A DNA stretch of 64,000 bases from Arenicellales bacterium (GTDB taxonomy: Bacteria; Pseudomonadota; Gammaproteobacteria; BMS3Bbin11). The number at the start of each line of letters is the position of its first letter. Within the stretch, counting starts at the first letter, position 1. Positions 1-9,529 of this stretch are shown in pieces. The translations under genes and the position numbers were made by a program. The stretch covers positions 3,721 through 67,720 of the forward strand of contig JBLYYR010000200.1 in assembly GCA_048550195.1 (NCBI GenBank), in the 5' to 3' direction. The notes below the pieces were generated by a model. It worked only from the letters and a program-made list of their open reading frames with translations. It searched no databases and was not told the origin of the DNA.

Positions 1-1104
1 CTGGAGGACAAAAAACTCGCCGCTGAAGAAACCTGGATACGCCAGGGTATCAAGGCCCGGCGTACTCGCAACGAAGGCCGCGTCAGAGCACTGGAAGAAC
101 TGCGCCGGCAACGTCAGGCACGGCGTGAACGGGTTGGTAATGTAAACATTGCTATCCAGCAAAGCGAGCGCTCAGGGAAAATTGTTATTGAAGCTGAGGA
201 CATCAGCTACGCCTATGATGAGCAGCCAATCGTCAAAGATTTTTCTATTACCATCATGCGTGGTGATAAGGTTGGTTTACTTGGCCCTAATGGTGTAGGC
301 AAGACCACCTTGCTGCGCCTGTTACTGGGTGAGCTGAAACCTCAGTCAGGCAAACTTAAGCACGGCACCCGACTCGATATAGCCTATTTTGATCAACAGC
401 GAGCACAACTGGATGATAATGCAACGGTGATCGACAACCTTGCCCTCGGTAAGGACTCGGTAACCGTCAATGGCAGGGAAAAACACGTCATCAGCTACCT
501 GCAGGATTTTCTTTTCGCGCCTGACCGGGCGCGCAGCCCGGTCAATGCCCTTTCCGGGGGTGAAAAAAATCGTCTGCTGCTGGCTAAAATGTTCTGCCGA
601 CCCTCTAATGTCCTGGTGCTCGATGAGCCAACAAATGACCTGGACTTTGAAACCCTGGACCTGCTCGAACAACTGCTGGTCGACTACAGCGGAACCCTGC
701 TGCTGATCAGCCACGACCGCAGCTTCATTAACGATGTCGTTACTTCAACCCTGTCGTTTGAAGGCAATGGTGTGATCGATGAGTATGTTGGTGGTTATGA
801 TGACTGGATACGCCAACGCTCAGCTGCCAACGCTGAAAAAAAATCTGTGTCGAAAATGGCCACCGCTAAATCCAGGGACGCTAAACAGACAAAACTCAGT
901 TATAAACTTCAGCGTGAACTGGAAGAACTGCCACAGAAGATTGAACAACTGGAGCAGGCGCAGCAGGTATTACATGGCAGTATGGCTGAGTCGGATTATT
1001 TTAAACATGCTAAACAGGATATAGCCAAAGATCAGAAAAAACTTGCTGAAATTGATAGTGCGCTGAAACAGGCCTATTCTCGATGGGAAGAACTTGATGC
1101 CTAA
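1..1104 (+). CDS. uup: ABC-F family ATPase (Uup-like), 5' end cut by the window edge; frame 1 is open from nt 1, so the ORF-track start at 256 is internal
   Basis: Second ABC cassette: Walker A GPNGVGKTT, signature LSGGEKNRL, Walker B VLVLDEPTNDLD, SHDR; C-terminal coiled coil; upstream in-frame translation LEDKKLAAEETWIRQGIKARRTRNEGR is the ABC-F linker. Confidence 0.85.
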   Translation: MEDKKLAAEETWIRQGIKARRTRNEGRVRALEELRRQRQARRERVGNVNIAIQQSERSGKIVIEAEDISYAYDEQPIVKDFSITIMRGDKVGLLGPNGVGKTTLLRLLLGELKPQSGKLKHGTRLDIAYFDQQRAQLDDNATVIDNLALGKDSVTVNGREKHVISYLQDFLFAPDRARSPVNALSGGEKNRLLLAKMFCRPSNVLVLDEPTNDLDFETLDLLEQLLVDYSGTLLLISHDRSFINDVVTSTLSFEGNGVIDEYVGGYDDWIRQRSAANAEKKSVSKMATAKSRDAKQTKLSYKLQRELEELPQKIEQLEQAQQVLHGSMAESDYFKHAKQDIAKDQKKLAEIDSALKQAYSRWEELDA

Positions 1105-1194
1105 TTGCGGACGATGCAAGGAAAATAACATTCCCTGTAGCCACATCAAAGTATAAATTACCCGCCCGCCTTACACCCAGGCGGTTAAGAACTT

Positions 1195-1587
1195 CTACGC
1201 CAGAGGCGGATGAAAAATCATCTGTACCACATTGCCATCCGGGTCGCGGCAATAGAAACTGCGCGCACCATCGCGATGTGTTTTCGGTGGTTTGAAGATT
1301 TCGATTTCATGCTGTAGCAGAAAATCATACCAGGCATCCACACTTTCAGGCTCGCCGATAAAAAAGCCGATATGATCAAGATGCTGTGGCCCGGAGGGAC
1401 GTTCTGTCACCCTGTGCAGGGCCAGGTTATCATTGCCTGAGGTCAGATAAACATTATCTGAATCCGGACGCCATTCCACCTGCATGCCTAATAATTCAAC
1501 ATAGAAATATTCTGTTTGATCAAGATTGAGAACATTAAGCGCAACATGCCGCATGCCAGTCGTTGATGGTGGTCGTTTACTGCTCAC
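1195..1587 (-). CDS. VOC/glyoxalase-family protein (start may be the internal Met at 1554)
   Basis: MRHVALNVLNLDQTEYFY... typical VOC N-terminus, ~120 aa; stop abuts the DUF885 gene. Confidence 0.7.
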   Translation of the reverse strand: MSSKRPPSTTGMRHVALNVLNLDQTEYFYVELLGMQVEWRPDSDNVYLTSGNDNLALHRVTERPSGPQHLDHIGFFIGEPESVDAWYDFLLQHEIEIFKPPKTHRDGARSFYCRDPDGNVVQMIFHPPLA

Positions 1588-1589
1588 TT

Positions 1590-3275
1590 TTATAACACGG
1601 CCTTGTCAACAGAAAAAACCTCGCTCTCCACATCTGCCCAGGCTTCATCACCGAATACCCGTCGAATGACCAGAGCCAGGGCCATGGAACCGCCGGAAAG
1701 CAATGCGTCGTGAAAGCGCTTCAGTGAAAATTCATCACCCTGCTGTGCTATCTGTCGTTCGCGCAGGCAATTGATAATCGCCCAGCCTGTTGCATAACCC
1801 ATCGGCACACCGGGTGCGCGTGTGTACCATGTCAAATCGGCCACCGCCTGTTCATGATGCATACCCAGGCCGTCAACCATGCGCTTAGCCGCATTCTCTA
1901 TCGACAGCCCGCGACAATGCAGTTCAACATCCAGCATGATACGCATGGCACGCCAGAGGCGATCCCTGAGCATAATAAATTCCTGTTCAGGTGTCTGGCT
2001 AAAGCCCTGCTCCAGCATCATTTGTTCGCAATACAATGCCCAGCCTTCATACAGTGTGGCAGATGGGTTTAACAATCTCGGCAAGCTACGTGCAGCAGGG
2101 TTCATATTTGCCGTAACAAACTGCAGGTGATGCCCCGGCCAGGCTTCATGGACGCATGTCTGTGCTATCGAGGCATAGTCATGTTGTGCCAGTTGTTCAG
2201 CATCGCTGCAGGGAGTGACGTAATACCAGGCCTGCTGCCGGGGGTCATTGGGCAGGGGCTCATGATAGGCGGCAAATGGGATTTCATGGCGTAGAAATCC
2301 CGGTGTATCAATGATGCTCAGGGTCTCTGTCTCCGGCAGGCTGACGATATCCTTCTCTTGCAGAAAGGCGCGTGCTTCCAGCATAGACTGGCGATAGCTA
2401 TCAAGCAGTTGATCAGCAGGCGGATGGTTCTCGGCAAGTTTTGCTGTCATACCGACAACATCATCGTTACCGTTTAGCACCATGCATGCCTCACGCAAAC
2501 GGGAAGCCGTTTCCTCATACAGTTCCTGGCCCAGCGCATGGACCTTATCCTGATTGACATCAAGAAAATGTTGAAAGCCGAGGATATGCCCGAAGTGCCG
2601 CTCGCCACAGGCAAAGTCGCCTGCCGCCTGTGGCAGAAGGTCGCTCTCGATACTGCTGGCAAAGTTCTCCAGTGCTATTGCTGCTTTACTGACCAGCGTT
2701 GCCAGGTCAGGTATCGCCTGCTCACATTCTGACAGCCGTGGATGTCGTGGGATCGAGCGTATAAAGCGGGCTCCTTCGCGTGCAGTCTGTAACGATGATT
2801 TGATCCATAATGGGGGTATTTTCTCAGCCTGGGTTCCGAGCTTCTGCCGCGCCCCGCGCAGGTATTGCGGAATACTTGCCAGACGCGAAGCCAGCGCCTG
2901 CTCGAAGTTGCCGACAGGACGAACCAGCAGCTGGTAAATCGCATCAACCGGTAGATATCGCTCAGGATCGAGGTAGCGCCAGTCTGCCTCAAGCAATTCC
3001 TCAGTCTCCAGAGCTGCGCTGCTCCAGGCCAGCTCATAATCAATTAGCCTGTCGGCATCCAGTGTTTCGGCATTCAGTTCTTCAAAACTGAACATCAGCT
3101 CACGATTTAGTGTGATTAATGCACCAATATCGTCATCACCGTAAGGCGTTAACCGGTCTGCGCAGGCGTCATGCCCTACCTCGACGGCCTGCTCCGGGTG
3201 ATAGCGAAACCAGGCTTTATAGTAGCTATCAAGGATAGCATCGAAGCGGTCGGCTGTTTCCTGTGGGTCATGCAT
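1590..3275 (-). CDS. DUF885-family putative metallopeptidase
   Basis: 561 aa, HEAWPGHH-type motif characteristic of DUF885. Confidence 0.65.
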   Translation of the reverse strand: MHDPQETADRFDAILDSYYKAWFRYHPEQAVEVGHDACADRLTPYGDDDIGALITLNRELMFSFEELNAETLDADRLIDYELAWSSAALETEELLEADWRYLDPERYLPVDAIYQLLVRPVGNFEQALASRLASIPQYLRGARQKLGTQAEKIPPLWIKSSLQTAREGARFIRSIPRHPRLSECEQAIPDLATLVSKAAIALENFASSIESDLLPQAAGDFACGERHFGHILGFQHFLDVNQDKVHALGQELYEETASRLREACMVLNGNDDVVGMTAKLAENHPPADQLLDSYRQSMLEARAFLQEKDIVSLPETETLSIIDTPGFLRHEIPFAAYHEPLPNDPRQQAWYYVTPCSDAEQLAQHDYASIAQTCVHEAWPGHHLQFVTANMNPAARSLPRLLNPSATLYEGWALYCEQMMLEQGFSQTPEQEFIMLRDRLWRAMRIMLDVELHCRGLSIENAAKRMVDGLGMHHEQAVADLTWYTRAPGVPMGYATGWAIINCLRERQIAQQGDEFSLKRFHDALLSGGSMALALVIRRVFGDEAWADVESEVFSVDKAVL

Positions 3276-3283
3276 ATAAGATC

Positions 3284-3345
3284 GTCGTTTTAGGTTTTAT
3301 GTTTTATGTGTTACGTAATACCTAACACATAAAACATAATACTTA
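3284..3345. repeat. REP-like intergenic palindromic repeat (TTACGTAA-core family), copy 1
   Basis: gttttaggttttatgttttatgtgttacgtaatacctaacacataaaacataa; inverted repeat ttatgtgtta/taacacataa; fills the gap between convergent DUF885 and osmC. Confidence 0.8.
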
Positions 3346-3759
3346 TCCTTCCTGTATTTCATAATCATGCGTAATTTCCACTGCTTTCGCCAGCATTATC
3401 GATGCCGAGCAGTATTTCTCTGCTGAAAGCCTGATCGCACGTTCGACATGTTTCGTACCCAAACCTTTGCCGGTGACAATAAAGTGTACGTGTATATGGG
3501 TAAAAACAGCGGGAACGGCATCCGCTCGCTCTGCCTCTATCACTGCCTTGCAAGCGGTGACGTCCTGACGTGATTTTTGTAACATCAGCATCACATCAAT
3601 GGATGAACAACCGCCCAGTCCCATCAACAATAACTCCATCGGCCGGGAGCCCTTATTTTCACCACCTGCTGCAGGGCTGGCATCCATCAATACCTTATGG
3701 CCACTGTCTGCGCTCGCCTCGAAGGCAATTCCGCCGGCCCAGTCAACTTCTACTTTCAT
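3343..3759 (-). CDS. OsmC/Ohr-family peroxiredoxin-like protein, overlapping trpC by 4 nt (ATGA)
   Basis: 138 aa, OsmC-family length and conserved Cys pair (GGCSSIDV...TACKAV); start overlaps trpC stop. Confidence 0.75.
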   Translation of the reverse strand: MKVEVDWAGGIAFEASADSGHKVLMDASPAAGGENKGSRPMELLLMGLGGCSSIDVMLMLQKSRQDVTACKAVIEAERADAVPAVFTHIHVHFIVTGKGLGTKHVERAIRLSAEKYCSASIMLAKAVEITHDYEIQEG

Positions 3760-4562
3760 AATATTCCCTCAAATAATTGTGCCAGTCTATCGCCCGGCTC
3801 GTCGGCGCGCATAAAGGCTTCACCTATCAGGAACGCCCGCACATCATGCTCCAGCATGCTTTCCACATCGGACCGTTCATGTATGCCACTTTCGGTAACG
3901 ACTATCCGGTCATCGGGTATCTCTGCAAGCAGGGAGATTGTGGTCTGCAACGAGGTGTCGAAGGTGCGCAGGTTCCGGTTATTTATACCTATCAGTGTGG
4001 TGTTTAGATTCAAAGCACGTGCCAGTTCTTCAGCATCATGCACCTCTACCAGCACGGCCATATCCAGTGAATGGGCAAGTTGTGAAAATTCTCTCAGTTG
4101 ATCATCATCCAGTGCGGCCACGATAAGAAGTATGCAGTCACCACCGATTAAACGCGATTCATAAACCTGGTAGGGGTCAATGATGAATTCCTTGCGCAGC
4201 ACCGGTAACTGGCAAGCATCTCTTGCCTCCTTCAAATAGGCATCGCAGCCCTGAAAATACTCGATATCGGTGAGTACCGATAGACAGGCTGCACCACCGT
4301 TTTCATAACTGCGAGCGATCCGGGCAGGATCAAAGTTCTCCCGCATGATGCCCTTGCTTGGAGAAGCCTTTTTGATTTCAGCAATGGTTGCCGCCCTGCC
4401 AGCTTCGACACGCTCTCTAATGGCTGCAACAAAATCTCTGGTCGGTGCAATACTGACCAGTTCAGACTGTATCTGCTGCAGTGATATACGTTGCCTTCTC
4501 TCAGCCACCTCCCGTGCCTTGGTATCGAGGATGTTTACTAATATATCAGCGACCTTGCTCAT
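3756..4562 (-). CDS. trpC: indole-3-glycerol phosphate synthase
   Basis: 268 aa TIM-barrel IGPS sequence ([21 protein letters not shown]); TAATG overlap with trpD. Confidence 0.92.
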   Translation of the reverse strand: MSKVADILVNILDTKAREVAERRQRISLQQIQSELVSIAPTRDFVAAIRERVEAGRAATIAEIKKASPSKGIMRENFDPARIARSYENGGAACLSVLTDIEYFQGCDAYLKEARDACQLPVLRKEFIIDPYQVYESRLIGGDCILLIVAALDDDQLREFSQLAHSLDMAVLVEVHDAEELARALNLNTTLIGINNRNLRTFDTSLQTTISLLAEIPDDRIVVTESGIHERSDVESMLEHDVRAFLIGEAFMRADEPGDRLAQLFEGIL

Positions 4563-5578
4563 TAGAACTGATTTGTCATGCTGACTAATTGCTGTAATCG
4601 ATCAGCCGCTGCTCCAGATGTAATTACTTCCAGTGCCAGCTTCACCCCCTGTTCTAGCTCATCGACAAGCCCACTGGCATAGATGGCAGCGCCGGCATTC
4701 AGGGCAACGATATCTCGTGCAGCACCGTCCACATTTGCCAGTACATCATTCATCATCTGCAGACTGCTTACGATATTGTTCACTTTGATATTTTCTATAG
4801 ACTGCGTTGCCATGCCAAACTGTTCAGGCGTCAGCGTGTAGGTACTGGTTGCTGAGTTATTTAGTTCGGCAACATGTGTCGGTGCTGAAATACTGATCTC
4901 ATCCATGCCATCTTCGCCATGCACCACCAGCACATGACGGCTACCCAGCCGGGACAACACTTCAGCCAGTGGCTCCAGCAGCTCTTCAGCGAAAACACCG
5001 AGCACCTGGTTCGGGGCACCGGCAGGATTGGTTAGCGGCCCGAGAACATTAAAAATAGTTCTAACCCCCATCTCCTTACGCGGACCGATAGCATGCTTCA
5101 TCGCACTATGATGCAGCGGTGCGAACATGAAGCCGACACCGATTTCATTAACGCATTCCGCCACCTGCTCGGGTGTCAGATCCAGCCTGACGCCGGCCGC
5201 TTCCAGCACATCTGCACTACCGCTATTGCTCGATATGGAACGGTTGCCATGTTTGGCCACCCTGCCACCGGCCGCTGCGACGACAAATGCGGAGCTGGTT
5301 GAAACATTAAATGTTCCGCTGGAGTCGCCACCAGTGCCACAGGTATCGACCAGATGATCAGGTGTAACATTCACATGTGCAGCCAGTTCACGCATCACTC
5401 CTGCTGCTGCCGCAATCTCTTCGACCGTTTCTCCCTTGCAGCGCAGACCAATTAGAAAGCCCCCAACCTGTGCCGGCGTGGCCTCTCCGGTCATGATCAA
5501 CTGCATGACATGATGCATCTCACTCGCAGCCAGGTTCTTGCCCGAGATCACATATTGAATGGCGGTTTGCATGTCCAT
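4562..5578 (-). CDS. trpD: anthranilate phosphoribosyltransferase
   Basis: 338 aa, GTGGD motif, KHGNRS; follows trpG. Confidence 0.92.
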   Translation of the reverse strand: MDMQTAIQYVISGKNLAASEMHHVMQLIMTGEATPAQVGGFLIGLRCKGETVEEIAAAAGVMRELAAHVNVTPDHLVDTCGTGGDSSGTFNVSTSSAFVVAAAGGRVAKHGNRSISSNSGSADVLEAAGVRLDLTPEQVAECVNEIGVGFMFAPLHHSAMKHAIGPRKEMGVRTIFNVLGPLTNPAGAPNQVLGVFAEELLEPLAEVLSRLGSRHVLVVHGEDGMDEISISAPTHVAELNNSATSTYTLTPEQFGMATQSIENIKVNNIVSSLQMMNDVLANVDGAARDIVALNAGAAIYASGLVDELEQGVKLALEVITSGAAADRLQQLVSMTNQF

Positions 5579-5589
5579 GGTTTAAGTCC

Positions 5590-5653
5590 TTAGTGTTTTA
5601 GGTTTTACGTATTAGGTTTTACGTAAATCGTAATACTTAATACATAAAACATC
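5590..5653. repeat. REP-like repeat copy 2, intercistronic between trpG and trpD
   Basis: tagtgttttaggttttacgtattaggttttacgtaaatcgtaatacttaatacataaaacat. Confidence 0.8.
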
Positions 5654-5656
5654 GCT

Positions 5657-6223
5657 TTACCTTCGCGCAAGAAAATTTGCCAGCAATTCATGTCCCTGAT
5701 GGGTCAAAATCGATTCCGGATGGAATTGTACACCCTCTACATCCAGTGTCCGGTGTCGCACGCCCATTATCTCATCATCATCGGTCCAGGCGGTCAGCTG
5801 CAGGCATTCAGGCAGGCTCTCACGCTCTATCACCAGTGAATGGTAGCGGGTTGCCTGTAAAGGGTTTTCCAGTCCTTTAAATACACCCGTGTCTATATGG
5901 TGGATCATTGATGTTTTACCGTGCATCAGGGTTTTTGCACGGACAATTTTACCACCGAAGGCCTGTCCGATACTCTGATGACCCAAACAGACGCCCAGTA
6001 TCGGCACGCGGCCACTGAACTGTTTGATTACTTCAACCGAAACACCGGCCTGGTTGGGTGTGCAGGGGCCGGGTGAAATCACAATACGCTCGGGCTGCAT
6101 GGCCTCGATGTCATGCAGACTGATCTTGTCATTTCGGTGAATGTTAACATCGACCCCTAACTCACCAAAATACTGCACCAGGTTATAGGTAAAGGAGTCA
6201 TAATTATCGATCATTAATAACAT
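5657..6223 (-). CDS. trpG: anthranilate synthase component II (glutamine amidotransferase, TrpG/PabA type)
   Basis: 188 aa class-I GATase, catalytic GVCLGHQ and HPES motifs. Confidence 0.9.
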   Translation of the reverse strand: MLLMIDNYDSFTYNLVQYFGELGVDVNIHRNDKISLHDIEAMQPERIVISPGPCTPNQAGVSVEVIKQFSGRVPILGVCLGHQSIGQAFGGKIVRAKTLMHGKTSMIHHIDTGVFKGLENPLQATRYHSLVIERESLPECLQLTAWTDDDEIMGVRHRTLDVEGVQFHPESILTHQGHELLANFLARR

Positions 6224-6235
6224 ATCACTGCCTCC

Positions 6236-7723
6236 TTAACTCAGTTGTCTGAAGCCATTTGCAGCCATTGCCACGGCGCGGAAGGTTGCTCTGCCCTTGT
6301 TCAGGGTTTCTTCCCATTCCATTTCTGGCTGAGAGTCCGCGACGATGCCGGCACCCACCTGAATATTCAGCATGCCGTCCTTGATAACAGAGGTACGGAT
6401 AGCAATCGCGGTATCCATATTGCCATTCCAGCCAAGGTATCCTACTGCACCGGAATAGACGCCACGTTTGACGGGTTCCAGTTCATCAATGATTTCCATC
6501 GCCCTGATTTTTGGTGCACCGCTGACAGTACCTGCGGGAAAAGTGGCCTTCAGTACATCGATGGAATCAAACTCCTGGCGGATATCACAGAGCACATTGG
6601 AGACGATATGCATGACGTGTGAATAACGTTCGATAAGCATGCGTTCAGTGAGTTCCACAGTGCCGATTTCGGCGATACGGCCGAGATCGTTACGCCCGAG
6701 ATCGACCAGCATCAGATGTTCTGCCAGTTCTTTCGGATCGTCCAGCAAATCCTGTTCCAGCTGCAAATCCTCTGCCTCAGTTTCTCCGCGTGGTCGAGTT
6801 CCTGCAATAGGTCGTACGGTTGCTTTACCCTCATCGACCTGCACCAGGATCTCCGGCGACGAACCCACCACCTGAAAATCACCCAGGTTCATGAAATACA
6901 TATAGGGTGAAGGATTCAGTGTGCGCAGAGCACGATACAAATCCAGCGGTTCAGCATCATAGGGTATGGTCATACGTTGCGAGAGTACAACCTGCATGAT
7001 ATCCCCGGCACGTATGTATTCCCGTGCCCGCTCAACAGCGTTCATATAACCCTGTTTGCTAAAGCCGGAATGGAAGTCTTTTTCACTGACCTCGGAAGCG
7101 CATGTCTTGCTCTGATGGGGCAAAGGCTGGTCAAGCTGCCGGATAAGCTGTTCCATGCGCTGCTGACCTGACTCCCATGCACCGCCCTCGCCCGGATCGA
7201 CATTGATAACGATAAACAATCGCCCCTTGAGTTTATCGAAGATGAGTATTTCATCCGATACCATCAGCAAAATATCCGGCGATTGTAGTGGATCGGGGTG
7301 CTGATTCTCGCCCAGCTCAGGTTCAATGTAGCGAATGACGTCGTAGCCGAAATAACCGACCAGGCCACCGGTAAAACGTGGCATGCCTTCTATTTCAGGT
7401 GATTTAAAACGTTGCTGATATTCGCGTACGGCTTCTAACGGATCAGCCGCGGTCAGCGATTCAACAATCTCACCATCCTCAAGTATTTCTACCTGGTGGC
7501 CGGCAGCACGAAACATACGCCGTGCGGACAGACCGATAATCGAATAGCGACTGGCCTTCTCGCTTCCGGAGACGGATTCAAACAGATAGGAATACTCACC
7601 GCCGGCAAGTTTGATGTAAGTACTTAATGGAGTATCGAGGTCTGCTAAGACTTCACGCACCATCGGGATGCGCGTGTAGCCGCTAGCAGCATAGGCATCA
7701 AATTCAGATTTTTGTATAGACAT
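6236..7723 (-). CDS. trpE: anthranilate synthase component I
   Basis: 495 aa chorismate-binding enzyme; LLES...PY motifs; heads the trpEGDC cluster. Confidence 0.92.
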   Translation of the reverse strand: MSIQKSEFDAYAASGYTRIPMVREVLADLDTPLSTYIKLAGGEYSYLFESVSGSEKASRYSIIGLSARRMFRAAGHQVEILEDGEIVESLTAADPLEAVREYQQRFKSPEIEGMPRFTGGLVGYFGYDVIRYIEPELGENQHPDPLQSPDILLMVSDEILIFDKLKGRLFIVINVDPGEGGAWESGQQRMEQLIRQLDQPLPHQSKTCASEVSEKDFHSGFSKQGYMNAVERAREYIRAGDIMQVVLSQRMTIPYDAEPLDLYRALRTLNPSPYMYFMNLGDFQVVGSSPEILVQVDEGKATVRPIAGTRPRGETEAEDLQLEQDLLDDPKELAEHLMLVDLGRNDLGRIAEIGTVELTERMLIERYSHVMHIVSNVLCDIRQEFDSIDVLKATFPAGTVSGAPKIRAMEIIDELEPVKRGVYSGAVGYLGWNGNMDTAIAIRTSVIKDGMLNIQVGAGIVADSQPEMEWEETLNKGRATFRAVAMAANGFRQLS

Positions 7724-7782
7724 GGGAAAACATTACCTTAAACAGTTGAACAGAATATAACGAACAGCAAACGCTTAGCGCT

Positions 7783-7830
7783 TCACCATCGCCAAATCCA
7801 TGCCTCCTGTTTTTTGATCATGTTTTCCAT
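7783..7830 (-). promoter_or_regulatory. trpL: candidate trp leader peptide ORF (MENMIKKQEAWIWRW) in the trpE 5' leader
   Basis: 15-codon ORF with 3 Trp codons in its last 5 codons, 57 nt upstream of the trpE ATG; weak hairpin AGCGCUAAGCGUU then U-rich run follows the stop. Confidence 0.4.
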
Positions 7831-7845
7831 TTGCAACAAAACCCT

Positions 7846-8529
7846 TCAGTCCAGCAAATTAATATGCTGATCAAGAATGTCCAGTGAATCTATCACACCC
7901 TGCGTATCCAGGGTAGTCAGATCAACGCCCTGATTATAACCATAGTTGACACAGATGACTGGCATACCGGCTGCGATGGCTGCTTTTACATCATTGGCCG
8001 AGTCACCGATCAGTATTCCCTGCTGCGGGGTAATGCCAAAATACTCACAGGCATACGTCAGCGGCAATGGATCCGGTTTCTTGCGTGGCAGCGTATCGCC
8101 GGACACCACCAGCTCAAAATAGCCATCGAGTTTCAGGTCGGCCAGCAAAGGCAGGGTAAAGGACGCTGCCTTGTTGGTCACACAGGCCAACCGGAAACCA
8201 GTCGACTTCAGCTTATCAAGGCCGGTCATAACCCCGTCATAAGGACGGCTTTTGGCGGAGACATTTTCGCCATAGGCTTCAAGAAACAATGCATAGCCCT
8301 TTTCATAATCCTCGCTATCCGGTTCACCGTCCATGGAATCGGTCAACGCGCGTTTTACCAGGCGGCTAACACCATTACCGATCCAGCCCGATACCTTGTC
8401 CAATGGCCAGGGTTCTCTAGCCATGCGCTTGAGCATGATATTGACGCTATCGGCAAGATCCGGCGCAGTGTTGATCAGGGTGCCATCAAGGTCAATCATG
8501 ACCATGCGGACTTTGATTTTTTCTGTCAT
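7846..8529 (-). CDS. gph: phosphoglycolate phosphatase (HAD family)
   Basis: DLDGTL HAD motif I, 227 aa, conserved rpe-gph-trpE gene order. Confidence 0.88.
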   Translation of the reverse strand: MTEKIKVRMVMIDLDGTLINTAPDLADSVNIMLKRMAREPWPLDKVSGWIGNGVSRLVKRALTDSMDGEPDSEDYEKGYALFLEAYGENVSAKSRPYDGVMTGLDKLKSTGFRLACVTNKAASFTLPLLADLKLDGYFELVVSGDTLPRKKPDPLPLTYACEYFGITPQQGILIGDSANDVKAAIAAGMPVICVNYGYNQGVDLTTLDTQGVIDSLDILDQHINLLD

Positions 8530-8545
8530 AACAATTTAACCTGTG

Positions 8546-8629
8546 CTGTAGGTGCATCGCTCGACACGACTGCCTGAGTCGTTGACGAATTTAATGAAAC
8601 AGATTCGCGCCGAGCGACGCTCCTACAAT
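8546..8629. repeat. inverted-repeat element (TGTAGG..CGCTCG / CGAGCG..CCTACA arms) between rpe and gph
   Basis: ctgtaggtgcatcgctcg ... cgagcgacgctcctaca with nested inner hairpin; same TGTAGGAGCG arm as hairpin at 15507-15536. Confidence 0.6.
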
Positions 8630-8663
8630 ATTTTTTTTAGCTGTTGTGTGATCTTATAAAGAA

Positions 8664-9356
8664 TTAGTCGACTTTTGCCAGCTCGGCACGCATAGCCGCG
8701 ACGACCGTTTCATAATGATGAGGATCTGCTTCATTGGCTGCACCAAAAATGGCGGAACCGGCGACAAACATATCGGCTCCCGCCTCGGCGATCTCACGAA
8801 TATTGTCAATTTTGACTCCACCGTCAACTTCCAGACGAATGTCCCTGCCGGAGGCATCGATCAGTTTTCGAGCCTGTTGTAACTTTGTCAGTGTAGAGTC
8901 GATGAAGCTCTGACCGCCAAAGCCCGGGTTGACAGACATCAGCAGGATCATGTCAATCTTGTCCATGACATATTCAAGGGCATCCAGCGATGTAGCCGGG
9001 TTAAATACCAGCCCGGCTTTACAACCTTCACTTTGTATCAGCTGCAGGCTGCGATCAACATGCTCGGAGGCTTCCGGGTGGAAAGTGATATAGGTGGCAC
9101 CTGCTGCAGCAAAATCCGGGATAACACGGTCGACCGGTTTGACCATCAGATGCACATCGATATCTGCAGTCACGCCGTGTTTACGCAGTGCGTCACAGAC
9201 CAGCGGACCAATGGTCAGATTCGGCACATAGTGATTATCCATGACATCGAAATGCACCACATCGGCACCGGATGCCAGTACATTATCTACTTCTTCGCCG
9301 AGCCTGGCGAAATCTGCGGACAGGATTGAAGGTGAGATAAGGAAATCTTTAGCCAT
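8664..9356 (-). CDS. rpe: ribulose-phosphate 3-epimerase
   Basis: 230 aa, [21 protein letters not shown] motifs. Confidence 0.93.
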   Translation of the reverse strand: MAKDFLISPSILSADFARLGEEVDNVLASGADVVHFDVMDNHYVPNLTIGPLVCDALRKHGVTADIDVHLMVKPVDRVIPDFAAAGATYITFHPEASEHVDRSLQLIQSEGCKAGLVFNPATSLDALEYVMDKIDMILLMSVNPGFGGQSFIDSTLTKLQQARKLIDASGRDIRLEVDGGVKIDNIREIAEAGADMFVAGSAIFGAANEADPHHYETVVAAMRAELAKVD

Positions 9357-9529
9357 CGTGCTACTCCCTAGTGTTTTGGTCGATACTGGTTTCAGTAGGA
9401 AAAAAATAGAGGCGCGACTTTACCTTATTTAGGCGGATTTTTCAGTATTTCAGGACAATTCAGGGGAAAATAGTAATTGCGCGGAGAAATTGATAGATCT
9501 GTTTAACCGCCAAGGTGCGAATAAGTCCA

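Noticed and set aside
346-714. 122-aa minus-strand ORF and 470..706(+) ORF inside uup
   Set aside because: They are embedded in the conserved ABC cassette of uup in other frames.
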